Program-made: the position numbers and the translations under genes
Notes under the pieces: model-generated
Told to the model about the DNA's origin: nothing
Database searches by the model: none
Seen by the model: the letters and a program-made list of their open reading frames with translations, nothing else
Source of the DNA: an uncultured Alphaproteobacteria bacterium
Lineage (GTDB): Bacteria; Pseudomonadota; Alphaproteobacteria; Rs-D84; CACZYB01
DNA: 32,000 nucleotides
Direction of reading: 5' to 3'
NCBI GenBank assembly: GCA_934246625.1
Contig: CAKQHZ010000001.1
Location: 150,001-182,000, forward strand
Shown: in pieces, positions 1-8,550 of the stretch
Position numbering within the stretch: the first letter of the stretch is position 1
Layout of the letters: each line of letters starts with the position of its first letter

Positions 1-1319
1 GATAACAAATAATATGAAATAAGACATACAAACATAGATGAAATTATAATTGTTGGATTAAGCAATATTGTTGCAAGAATTTGATTTGTATCACTGAATA
101 AATTGACACCATTAAATATTGATGAAGCAGTTACAATTTTTCCGTCATTACCAAGCGAATCCAATAATGATTTTAAAGTTATATCAAATGGTCCAGCATT
201 AAAATTTGTAGTTAAAAGTTCGTTTAATAAATAAGTTGATATGGTCATAGCAACCGATAAAAATGCTATTCTGAAAGTGCATTGGACGACATTAAAGAAT
301 AATGGCTTTGATAATTGTCCTCGGGTATTTTTAAATGTCCACGCACCTATTGTGATTGGCATCATAACACCAACCATTGCAAGTTTAACAACTATATCTA
401 AAAGAATAAGTAAATATGTAAAGGCTATATATAAAAATGCAACTGCGATACAAAGTCCAATAAAAAATGTTAAAACATTCGCAAGAAATGTTATTACCAA
501 ATATATTTTTATAAAAAACATTATTATGGTATAAAGAATACCCCAGCCACCAAGTTTTGATAAAACCAAATTTTCAATCGTTTGCACGGCTGTTGTATTA
601 TATACAAAATCCAAAAGTTTAAATTCACCCATACCTATGCCTGCACGAGCCATTATTTTCAAACCTAATTGACTTCCTGCATTATACGTATTTTCATATT
701 CACGAGTAATGCACATAAGATTACGTAAAGTTTCTTCGTTTGCACTCATTTCATCAACAGATAAATTTGTTTTTTGATAATGGTTTAATACCTTTGTAGC
801 ATAACTTGATAATTTAACATCATCACAAGAAAAATTTTGAACCTTAAAGCCACCTAAAAAACTATCAGTAGAAACATTAAATAATTCGGTATCGGCCCTT
901 GCCTCTGTTAAAACCCATTTTGCAAAATTGGGTCCCATATTCATAATTGGGTCAATGGTATAGCTGAAAATTTCCTTTGCAGGAAGTGAAAGAAATGAAA
1001 GCACAAATGTATAAGCCAATAATTTTACAAAAACTTCTTTTAAAAAAGAAAATGTATTACCCTTTTGCTCCTTTATCGCATTAGTCCAAATATACCAAAT
1101 AAACCAAAATGCCATTGCGATAATAAGAATTTTTTGAAGTATTGGAACAAACTTATCATACAATTTATATACAAAATTAAAGACATATACATATATACCC
1201 TCAAGTATATTACAGCCCCAACAATTTTGTAGTTGTTGTGAAGAAGTATCACTTGCAAATAAAACATTGCTGGACAACAAAAACAATAATGAAAACCACA
1301 ATAATAATTTTTTCTTCAT
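1..1319 (-). CDS. virB6: VirB6/TrbL-like polytopic membrane protein, paralog E (5' part only; continues past the left edge of the window)
   Basis: Not in the ORF track because it is open-ended. I translated the minus strand by hand from ATG 1319..1317 and found no stop down to position 3 (439 codons): MKKKLLLWFSLLFLLSSNVLFASDTSSQQLQNCWGCNILEGIYVYVF...MPITIGAWTFKNTRGQLSKPLFF... It has a signal peptide, a CWGC-helix motif, several TM segments and the P-x4-[GA]-[YW]-x-F-x-x-T-R-like motif shared with the upstream paralogs. Its ATG lies 1 nt after the stop of the upstream gene (TAAAATG). Confidence 0.65.
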   Translation of the reverse strand, partial: MKKKLLLWFSLLFLLSSNVLFASDTSSQQLQNCWGCNILEGIYVYVFNFVYKLYDKFVPILQKILIIAMAFWFIWYIWTNAIKEQKGNTFSFLKEVFVKLLAYTFVLSFLSLPAKEIFSYTIDPIMNMGPNFAKWVLTEARADTELFNVSTDSFLGGFKVQNFSCDDVKLSSYATKVLNHYQKTNLSVDEMSANEETLRNLMCITREYENTYNAGSQLGLKIMARAGIGMGEFKLLDFVYNTTAVQTIENLVLSKLGGWGILYTIIMFFIKIYLVITFLANVLTFFIGLCIAVAFLYIAFTYLLILLDIVVKLAMVGVMMPITIGAWTFKNTRGQLSKPLFFNVVQCTFRIAFLSVAMTISTYLLNELLTTNFNAGPFDITLKSLLDSLGNDGKIVTASSIFNGVNLFSDTNQILATILLNPTIIISSMFVCLISYYLL

Positions 1320-1320
1320 T

Positions 1321-2829
1321 TTATGTATTATCCTTTATTTGTTCGTCCAAATCATTTGCATCTTCACGAAGAGCTTCGAATTTCTTTATTATATCAGATG
1401 TATCTTTTTTTAACAACTTTGTTGTTATTTCACGACCAAATGATTTTGCCCAAGTGCGAGTTGAATTAACAAGTTTTAAGAAGGTTCCGCCAACTTTAAA
1501 CATATAACCACTTACTATTCCTGAATAAGTATCAAGATTTCCCATAATCATCAATGAAAGTAAGCCAAGTGTGAATATAGGGAAAAAACTTCCTCCTGGG
1601 TTTTGAAGACTTGGCATTTCAAAAAGTATATCCTTTGATACTAAACAAGATTGTATTTTTGAAACATTCCCATTCGCAAGGTTAAAGCAATTTGCAAAGG
1701 CTTCGCTTTTCATTAAGGTATCTGTTTGACTTGCAACCAAATCATTATAAATAAAATCAGGAAACAAGTATGTGAAATTATCAAGTGGCCCTGGGTAATA
1801 CATATCACCAATAAAAATAAATGATGAATATATAATGCCTAAAAATATACAATACATAATGATTTTAAATGCCATACCAAACAAAGACTTAAATCCAGTT
1901 GATGAAAACTTTTTTGTTTCGTCATAGGCATAACCCGCCAACATCACAGGAACAAATGCAATTAAAATTCCGATTGTAAAAACTATATCAATCAAAGTAA
2001 AAGGAATGACTAAATACATTAAAAAGAATATTACAGTTATCGCCATACCGCCAATAATATCCAATAAAATCACAGGATTTTTATATTCAAGAAAACCCTT
2101 TAGTGAAAAATCAATCATATTCGCACCTGCGGTTGTCGCACTTAAATACACAACATTTACAGAATTTACCAAACAAAGCAAATCATTTTTTAATTCTTTG
2201 GAAAGGATACCATCAACTTCACTTTGTGGATAAGTTAAATGCTCACACACAGGAGATTTTACAATTTCCGTTCCAACACCAACCCCCATTTCCAACACGG
2301 GAATTGCCGTATTTTCAAAAATTAAATTTGCCATAGATTTCAATCTTGATGGTGTGGAATAACCGATTGCAACACCAATTATTGCAATTATGAAAAGTTT
2401 TTTTGCAAGTTCTTTTATTACATCATTAAAATTGATTTTTTGTTCGTCCTTTATATAACTATAAACTTTTGAAAGCAACCATATTGCAATTCCAAATAAA
2501 ACCAAGGTCCAAACTATATCAGAAATAAATGTAAAAACTTCTAAACCTACAACACTCATCAAATCAAATACTTTTGCGAAAATGCCACAGCTCCAACATC
2601 CATTAAAATTATCGGCAGGAAACATTCCATTTACTGGTTCAATTCCAGAAACGCTTTGATACCAATCAACAAAACTTGTGCCAACAGTAAAATCGCCCTT
2701 GATTGCAAAAATTGACATTGCAACAAAAATTCCCATTGAAAACAATCCTGACCATAAAAATATTTTTAATGGAGCAAGAAAAAATGCCTTCATCAAACGA
2801 TTTTTATTTTTAAATAAGTTATCAAGCAT
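1321..2829 (-). CDS. virB6: VirB6/TrbL-like polytopic membrane protein, paralog D
   Basis: ORF 1321..2874. I prefer the ATG at 2829 (MLDNLFKNK...) because GAGGA lies 5 nt upstream and it gives an 8-nt ATGCTTGA overlap with the upstream stop. N-terminal TM, CWSC motif (nt 2587-2598), at least 6 hydrophobic segments, VPVMLAGYAYDETKKF resembling Agrobacterium VirB6 GPLILVGYIFDRTRD (from memory), and a charged K/D/E tail. Confidence 0.7.
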   Translation of the reverse strand: MLDNLFKNKNRLMKAFFLAPLKIFLWSGLFSMGIFVAMSIFAIKGDFTVGTSFVDWYQSVSGIEPVNGMFPADNFNGCWSCGIFAKVFDLMSVVGLEVFTFISDIVWTLVLFGIAIWLLSKVYSYIKDEQKINFNDVIKELAKKLFIIAIIGVAIGYSTPSRLKSMANLIFENTAIPVLEMGVGVGTEIVKSPVCEHLTYPQSEVDGILSKELKNDLLCLVNSVNVVYLSATTAGANMIDFSLKGFLEYKNPVILLDIIGGMAITVIFFLMYLVIPFTLIDIVFTIGILIAFVPVMLAGYAYDETKKFSSTGFKSLFGMAFKIIMYCIFLGIIYSSFIFIGDMYYPGPLDNFTYLFPDFIYNDLVASQTDTLMKSEAFANCFNLANGNVSKIQSCLVSKDILFEMPSLQNPGGSFFPIFTLGLLSLMIMGNLDTYSGIVSGYMFKVGGTFLKLVNSTRTWAKSFGREITTKLLKKDTSDIIKKFEALREDANDLDEQIKDNT

Positions 2830-4816
2830 TTTTATCCTCTTTGTTATCTTCTTGTTTTTGTTTTTTTCGTTCATCTGCCATTTTTAGAATTTCTTTCTTT
2901 TCTTTGATTTTATCCTTCATATCCTTTGCAAGGACACTTGTATCAAATTTTAACTTAATTGCTTCACGACCAACTGTTGTTGTAAGTTTTACAATGTTTT
3001 GAGTCCATTTAAAGAATGTATTTGCAATCTTTTTTTCTGAAGAAATACCCTTAAATGAATTTGCGATTGATAAAGCCTTTCCCAATAAAAACCAAGATAT
3101 AAAACCTGTGTAAAAAACCTCAAGTAAAGAATTTGGTGAAAATGAAATCATATATAAAACTTCTGATGTGATTTCTTGGATATCAAGTTTTTCCAACGCA
3201 TCTTGGAAATTATAAAAATCCAAACCAGAAATATATAGCATTAACACAGATATAACTGAACACATCAATGTAAGTGATATTATTTGAAATATAGCAGATA
3301 AAAAAGTATCAAATGATTGCTTTACAAATTGTTTTTTATCAAGTGCATAGGCAACCAAAATAAGTGGGAATAAAAACACAACTATGGCAATCATAAAAAA
3401 TGCCTCAACAAAATAAAATGGCACCATTATATTTATGTAAAAGAATATCGCCATAATACAAAAACCGATAATAAGTTTGGTAAAGCCAGAACCATCAAAG
3501 TTTATAAGTTGTCGCCAACCAGTTTGTAAGTTATATTTTCCTATATCAAAATTCATATTATTAAATGCAGATATTCGTTCAATAGTGCAGACAATATTTT
3601 CTTTTATCTCCTTTGAAAAAATAACCTTATTATCACTTATATTTTTTGTTTTATATTTACAAGTAAATTGTTGATTATTGTTTTCTATACCACTTGTTAA
3701 TACACTGTTATACCCCACCATAAAATCAGTTAATGGTCGAATAGTATAATTTAAAATATTATGCTTATCAGTTATGGAAATTGTTAATGCTACACCAACA
3801 ATAAATACCCATACAGATTTTGTGAAAAATGTTTTTATAAATCCCATACCATCTTGTTTTTTAATGACATTATCAAAAAACGCAAACAGCATCCAAAATA
3901 AAAATAATCCAACCATCAAATCAATCGCATAACGTGAAAGATTATCATATAATACATAACCTATTCTTGAAACTGTATTAAATGTAATTTCAAATATATG
4001 ACAAGAGATACAGGATTTTGAAGTTTTGAAATCATACGGAAGACTTTTTAATTTGCAAGATGAACTGTTCCAACTTCCAACCTTTATATCCGTATCAAAA
4101 ATATAAATACCAGCAGTACCAATATTTAAAAATGGTATAGTTATACCTTTTGATTCCTTGTTTTTAACCTCGGCTACAACCTCGCCAAACATATTTATAA
4201 ATGTTGTGCCAAGAACTCCTATTGGTGCCAAGGCCTTTGGATAAGTTTGATTTACAAATTTTTCAAATGATATATTTGAAATTGTTGGAATACAATCGTT
4301 AAAAGCAAAAACCTTAAATATAGGAGAATAAGTTGTCTTTTTTGCAAAAATATTAAAATTCATAAGTCCACCAAGTTTACCCAATGGAATACCTATACGA
4401 TAAGGAAGCAAAGATTTAAGATGTTTTTCAGCACGATTTAAGGCCGTATCCAAAATTTTTTTATCACTTAAATTTTCCGGAATTGGTGTATCAATAAAAT
4501 AACGATAAAGATATTCTGCCTTTTCAGGGGTAATACCTGCTTGACGTAAAATATTTATATCCTTTACAAAAAGAGGTTGTGGGTAAAGTGCGAGATAAGA
4601 ATTCATATCAAAAGATAACCTTTTTTGATATTCCTTAAGATACTTAATTTCCCAACAATAAAACTCTTTGTTTGAAACATTTATTTCATCATTTAACAAA
4701 CCATAATACTTTGGATTTTGACAAAGATGTGGTGTTGATTGTGCAAAAGAAATATTTGGCATATTAAACATTATACCAAAGACAAAGCTATAAATTAAAA
4801 ATATTTTTTTAAGCAT
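2822..4816 (-). CDS. virB6: VirB6/TrbL-like polytopic membrane protein, paralog C, with an extra N-terminal secreted domain
   Basis: 664-aa ORF. Signal peptide ...NISFAQS, then a ~240-aa soluble Cys-containing domain homologous to that of paralog B, CISC motif (nt 4001-4012), multiple TM segments, FPLILVAYALDKKQF (close to VirB6 PLILVGY), and a K/E-rich tail. The start overlaps the upstream stop by 8 nt (ATGCTTAA). Confidence 0.7.
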   Translation of the reverse strand: MLKKIFLIYSFVFGIMFNMPNISFAQSTPHLCQNPKYYGLLNDEINVSNKEFYCWEIKYLKEYQKRLSFDMNSYLALYPQPLFVKDINILRQAGITPEKAEYLYRYFIDTPIPENLSDKKILDTALNRAEKHLKSLLPYRIGIPLGKLGGLMNFNIFAKKTTYSPIFKVFAFNDCIPTISNISFEKFVNQTYPKALAPIGVLGTTFINMFGEVVAEVKNKESKGITIPFLNIGTAGIYIFDTDIKVGSWNSSSCKLKSLPYDFKTSKSCISCHIFEITFNTVSRIGYVLYDNLSRYAIDLMVGLFLFWMLFAFFDNVIKKQDGMGFIKTFFTKSVWVFIVGVALTISITDKHNILNYTIRPLTDFMVGYNSVLTSGIENNNQQFTCKYKTKNISDNKVIFSKEIKENIVCTIERISAFNNMNFDIGKYNLQTGWRQLINFDGSGFTKLIIGFCIMAIFFYINIMVPFYFVEAFFMIAIVVFLFPLILVAYALDKKQFVKQSFDTFLSAIFQIISLTLMCSVISVLMLYISGLDFYNFQDALEKLDIQEITSEVLYMISFSPNSLLEVFYTGFISWFLLGKALSIANSFKGISSEKKIANTFFKWTQNIVKLTTTVGREAIKLKFDTSVLAKDMKDKIKEKKEILKMADERKKQKQEDNKEDKNA

Positions 4817-6902
4817 CTGTTATTTTATTTTCCTCTTTTACATCAACGATGGTTTCGTCATTTTCTTTTGTATTCTGTTTTATTTTATCATCTTTTTTCT
4901 TAATTGCATCTTGTTTTACAAATTCTGGATTTTCACGAGAAACTTTTAAACCTAAAATAGATTTGAAAGTTTTTCTTAGGTTTTCACCTAATGAAAGTTG
5001 ACCTGCTGAACCGCCATAACTTTGTGCGAACTCTGACAATCTAGAATATACATAATACATTGCATAAATAATAAAAATAAATTGTGAAACGCTTATTATA
5101 TCTGTTGGAATTGAATCCAAAATTATATTTGGATTATTTGTTTCAATGGCATTATCAATGATTGAAAGTATATCCTTGTTCGCATTTTTAAAATAAAAAC
5201 CATAAATAAGTGTGCGATTAAATAATGAAAATATTGCAAGAGTTATCATAGTAAATCCAAAATTTTTTGCCGTATTTATTATTGAGGTTATATTAAAACC
5301 TATCCAATTAAAGGCATAACCAAACACCATAAATGGCCAAAGAATTGCAATTTTTAAAATATCAAGAAGTCCATCTAAAATATAAAATGAAATCATAAAG
5401 TTCATTATGAAAAATAATCCCCAAATTAATAATCCGATAAAGAAACTTAATACCTTTGTATCAGAAGAAAAATTAAATAAGTTTTTCATTAAAACTTTAC
5501 CCATAGTCATTTGTTTTGCATTCGTTTGTAATGTATCGGTCAAAAAGCAAACTATATTCCCCATAGTATCCTTTGATAAAACATAACTATCAGTTAAAAT
5601 TTTATTTGATTGTATTTGTTTATTTTTAACAACAGGTGGAATAATTTGGTCGTCTGTTTTTACAACCTTTCTTTGATTTATTTCATCAATTACAGTATCT
5701 GGATTACATGTTGATGGAATATTTTGTGTTGATAAAACTTTGCTGGAGACACCCAAAGTTAAATCAATAATTGGTTGAAATGTAAATGAAAATAATACAT
5801 TCACAGGAGTAAGAAGCACAACTGAGACAATAAATATTAACCTTAGTTTTTCAGCAATCTTGCTATAATAATCACTTAAATCAACTGAAAATGGAGCATT
5901 CTTAAAACCACTTAAAAATGTTGTTGCAAAATAAAAACAACCAAATAAAACCAAAAATGAAATTATATATTTGCTAAATGTTTTATACATAAAATCGAAC
6001 AAGAAAGATATTTCATTAAATATCATCACAATATAAGGACACATAAAACATACTGAACTTTTTGCAACTTCTGCTTTTAAGTTATCAGCCTTACACTTGT
6101 TTTCATTCCAATTTACATTAACAGAAACATTTTGTGAAAAAACTTTGTTATTAAAAGTAATTCGTTTAACACTTGATTTGCCAAGTCCCTGTGAAAGAAC
6201 ATTTCCACCAACAGATGTGTTATATTCGATTGTGGCAACCGTTTCATCAAAAATATTTACAAAGTTTGTGCCCTTTATTGCAACTGGACGAAGTGCCAAT
6301 GGAATTGCTGAAATTACATCAAAATATGTCAAAGTTGATGCAGGAGTATAAAGTGCATTATCAGAAGAATAATTGATACGTTTATCAGTAATGCAATTTC
6401 GCCCTTTTTTATTAACTATACTTCCAATAAATTCGTCCGAATTATCAAAGTCCGTTGTGTTTGTAGTAAAATTTTTTGATGGAGTTATTGTAAAGTCCGC
6501 ACCTATTTGTTCGCTTACAATAGATGTTTTTATAAAATCGTTTAAAAGTTCTTGTGTTGAAAGATATGTTTCATTTTCATCATCAGAATTTATAAAATAA
6601 TCTTGAATAATATTTGGGGTAATGCCAAGACTTCTTAAATAATTAAAATTGTTTTTATAATTTCCATACATATTTTTATATTGTGCAACCGAAATCGCAC
6701 CTATACCATTTCGTTCAAGGTATAAAATATCACTGCAAAAGAAATCCTTTGAATATTTTTCAAGTATTGGCGTTGGATTTGCAAAATAAATTGATGCTTC
6801 CTTATAACTGCATTTTTCATTTGAAGATTGTGCCATAACATCAAAAGCGTTTGAAAAAATTAAGGCAAAAAGCAATGAAATGATTTTAAGATTTAGTTTC
6901 AT
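4809..6902 (-). CDS. virB6: VirB6/TrbL-like polytopic membrane protein, paralog B, with an extra N-terminal secreted domain
   Basis: ORF 4809..6929. I prefer the ATG at 6902 (MKLNLKIISLLFALIFSNAFDVMAQS, a typical signal peptide) because GTGAGG lies 6 nt upstream. The N-terminal domain aligns with paralog C (LRSLGITPNIIQDYF vs LRQAGITPEKAEYLY; PVAIKGTNFVNIFDETVATIE vs PIGVLGTTFINMFGEVVAEVK). CFMC motif (nt 6039-6050), many TM segments, WPFMVFGYAFNW, charged tail. Confidence 0.65.
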   Translation of the reverse strand: MKLNLKIISLLFALIFSNAFDVMAQSSNEKCSYKEASIYFANPTPILEKYSKDFFCSDILYLERNGIGAISVAQYKNMYGNYKNNFNYLRSLGITPNIIQDYFINSDDENETYLSTQELLNDFIKTSIVSEQIGADFTITPSKNFTTNTTDFDNSDEFIGSIVNKKGRNCITDKRINYSSDNALYTPASTLTYFDVISAIPLALRPVAIKGTNFVNIFDETVATIEYNTSVGGNVLSQGLGKSSVKRITFNNKVFSQNVSVNVNWNENKCKADNLKAEVAKSSVCFMCPYIVMIFNEISFLFDFMYKTFSKYIISFLVLFGCFYFATTFLSGFKNAPFSVDLSDYYSKIAEKLRLIFIVSVVLLTPVNVLFSFTFQPIIDLTLGVSSKVLSTQNIPSTCNPDTVIDEINQRKVVKTDDQIIPPVVKNKQIQSNKILTDSYVLSKDTMGNIVCFLTDTLQTNAKQMTMGKVLMKNLFNFSSDTKVLSFFIGLLIWGLFFIMNFMISFYILDGLLDILKIAILWPFMVFGYAFNWIGFNITSIINTAKNFGFTMITLAIFSLFNRTLIYGFYFKNANKDILSIIDNAIETNNPNIILDSIPTDIISVSQFIFIIYAMYYVYSRLSEFAQSYGGSAGQLSLGENLRKTFKSILGLKVSRENPEFVKQDAIKKKDDKIKQNTKENDETIVDVKEENKITDA

Positions 6903-8544
6903 TTGATGCCTCACTTTTATCTTTGGCATTGGATTGAATTTTATCCTTTATCAATCCAGTTGCAGATGATGTATTCTTTGCAAAGCCCACAACATTTCGT
7001 GTTGTAGATTTGGTCCAGTTCACAAAACTTTTTGATGTATTCCAAATGCTTCGTCCAAGATTTGACTCAGATATATTGCCACCAAACCAACCAGCAAACT
7101 TGTTTGTTTCAGTAATAATTTTAAAATTTAAAACCAAAGCAAAAATTATATAAAGGAAATACCAAAAACCAACAAGATTGTTAAACTCCTTGATATTACC
7201 CTCTTGAAGAAGTTTCAAAGCATATTTTGCAGATGACATACGGCTCATTCCATCAAAGGAAAACATTCCACCTAAAACCCAATCATTTAATTCATTGCAA
7301 ATTATTATCGCAACACACATAAAAACTAATCCCTTTGCAAAGCCAAATAATTTTGATAATCCCGCCGTTGCATAAGAACGTGTTTGTTCAAACACATAAC
7401 AAACGGCAAGAAATGGGAAAATTAAAAGAGCGACACCCATAAACAAAACATTTTCGATTATGATAAATGCAAAAAGCATATTTACCAAAAACAATCCTAT
7501 TACAATAGCAATACCACATAATCCCATACGAATATTATCATTCGTAATAAACGCAACTATTGATGTAATATTTGCAAAACGTGAAGCATTATTAGAAATT
7601 ACTTTACCGGTTTTTTGTGTTCGTTTTATATTTTTACCACCATTACCAGAAACGTCCTGTAAAACTTCGTCCAACTTGTCCTTTAATTTTTTAAGGCTTT
7701 CTTCGGTTTTTTTAGTATCCTTTCCACCATCTTTTTGTTTTTGAATTTTAACTTCGACTTTGCCAATCTTTTTTTGCATATTTTTAAGCCACTTTTCACT
7801 TCCAAAATGTTGTAAAGCTCTTCCACCAAAAAAGCCCGCCAAACGAATAGAAACATTTACAACTCCTGCAATTATAATTTGTGGCATACCATATTCAAAA
7901 AGTTCAATTCCTATATTCATATAGGTTTGACGAAGAAGGTCAACTTCCTTAAAAAGGCATACCATATTTTCCTTTGTATTTTCGGATAGTGCCATACCTT
8001 CTTTATAAATAAGTTTTGTATTATCCTTATCACATTCGGGTGGAACGGTTAATTGAAGATTATCAATCTTTTTTCGCAAAACACCTCTTCCAATACCACT
8101 TCCAAAATCAAGAACAAGTTCATAAGTATTTGAAAAAATATTTCGTGGAGAATTTAAAAGCAATGCCCCTATTACAAATGTTGCAAGAAAAAGTTTGCGA
8201 TAGATTTTTTTTAAATACCCACTGTCTATATCAATTTTTGGATTTATACTTACACCCTTTATAAAAATTTTATATGTTTCAAATACAATCCATAATGCAA
8301 GACATACCGATAAAATTTTCAAAGAATCATTTTGGAAAAGGTAAAATGTTTGATATGAAACCTTTGAAAAAGTATCGTAAATATTTTCAAAAACTCCACA
8401 TACCCAACAATCGGTTAAAAGTATGTAAACTCCTGTTGAAATATTATATGTTGCATAAGCAATCAAAAGAACAGCAATAACAAAAAGCACCCAGCCTTTG
8501 ATATCTGAGAATATAGAACCTGCTTTTGATAAAACGCTATTCAA
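6886..8544 (-). CDS. virB6: VirB6/TrbL-like polytopic membrane protein, paralog A (first of the array)
   Basis: 552-aa ORF. The start codon is TTG (plus strand caa at 8542-8544), 6 nt after the stop of the 87-aa ORF, with AAGGAAG upstream. N-terminal TM, CWVC motif (nt 8398-8409), an internal K/E-rich loop, TM bundle, and FPFLAVCYVFEQTRSYATAGLSKLF, which is very similar to Agrobacterium VirB6 GPLILVGYIFDRTRDIAAKWIGQLI (from memory). Confidence 0.7.
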   Translation of the reverse strand: MNSVLSKAGSIFSDIKGWVLFVIAVLLIAYATYNISTGVYILLTDCWVCGVFENIYDTFSKVSYQTFYLFQNDSLKILSVCLALWIVFETYKIFIKGVSINPKIDIDSGYLKKIYRKLFLATFVIGALLLNSPRNIFSNTYELVLDFGSGIGRGVLRKKIDNLQLTVPPECDKDNTKLIYKEGMALSENTKENMVCLFKEVDLLRQTYMNIGIELFEYGMPQIIIAGVVNVSIRLAGFFGGRALQHFGSEKWLKNMQKKIGKVEVKIQKQKDGGKDTKKTEESLKKLKDKLDEVLQDVSGNGGKNIKRTQKTGKVISNNASRFANITSIVAFITNDNIRMGLCGIAIVIGLFLVNMLFAFIIIENVLFMGVALLIFPFLAVCYVFEQTRSYATAGLSKLFGFAKGLVFMCVAIIICNELNDWVLGGMFSFDGMSRMSSAKYALKLLQEGNIKEFNNLVGFWYFLYIIFALVLNFKIITETNKFAGWFGGNISESNLGRSIWNTSKSFVNWTKSTTRNVVGFAKNTSSATGLIKDKIQSNAKDKSEASNETKS

Positions 8545-8550
8545 TCTTAT

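Noticed and set aside
241-534. Plus-strand 97-aa ORF, and similar plus-strand ORFs at 1238-1507, 2006-2336, 2678-2887, 3477-3674, 6097-6600, 7460-7744 and 8016-8683.
   Set aside because: All lie antisense to long, coherent minus-strand VirB6-like genes. They have low-complexity I/F/K/L-rich translations typical of antisense frames in AT-rich DNA, and none has an RBS.
1073-1267. Minus-strand 64-aa ORF from the ORF track.
   Set aside because: It is out of frame inside the open-ended 439-codon paralog E reading frame (ATG 1319), which has a signal peptide and paralog motifs.
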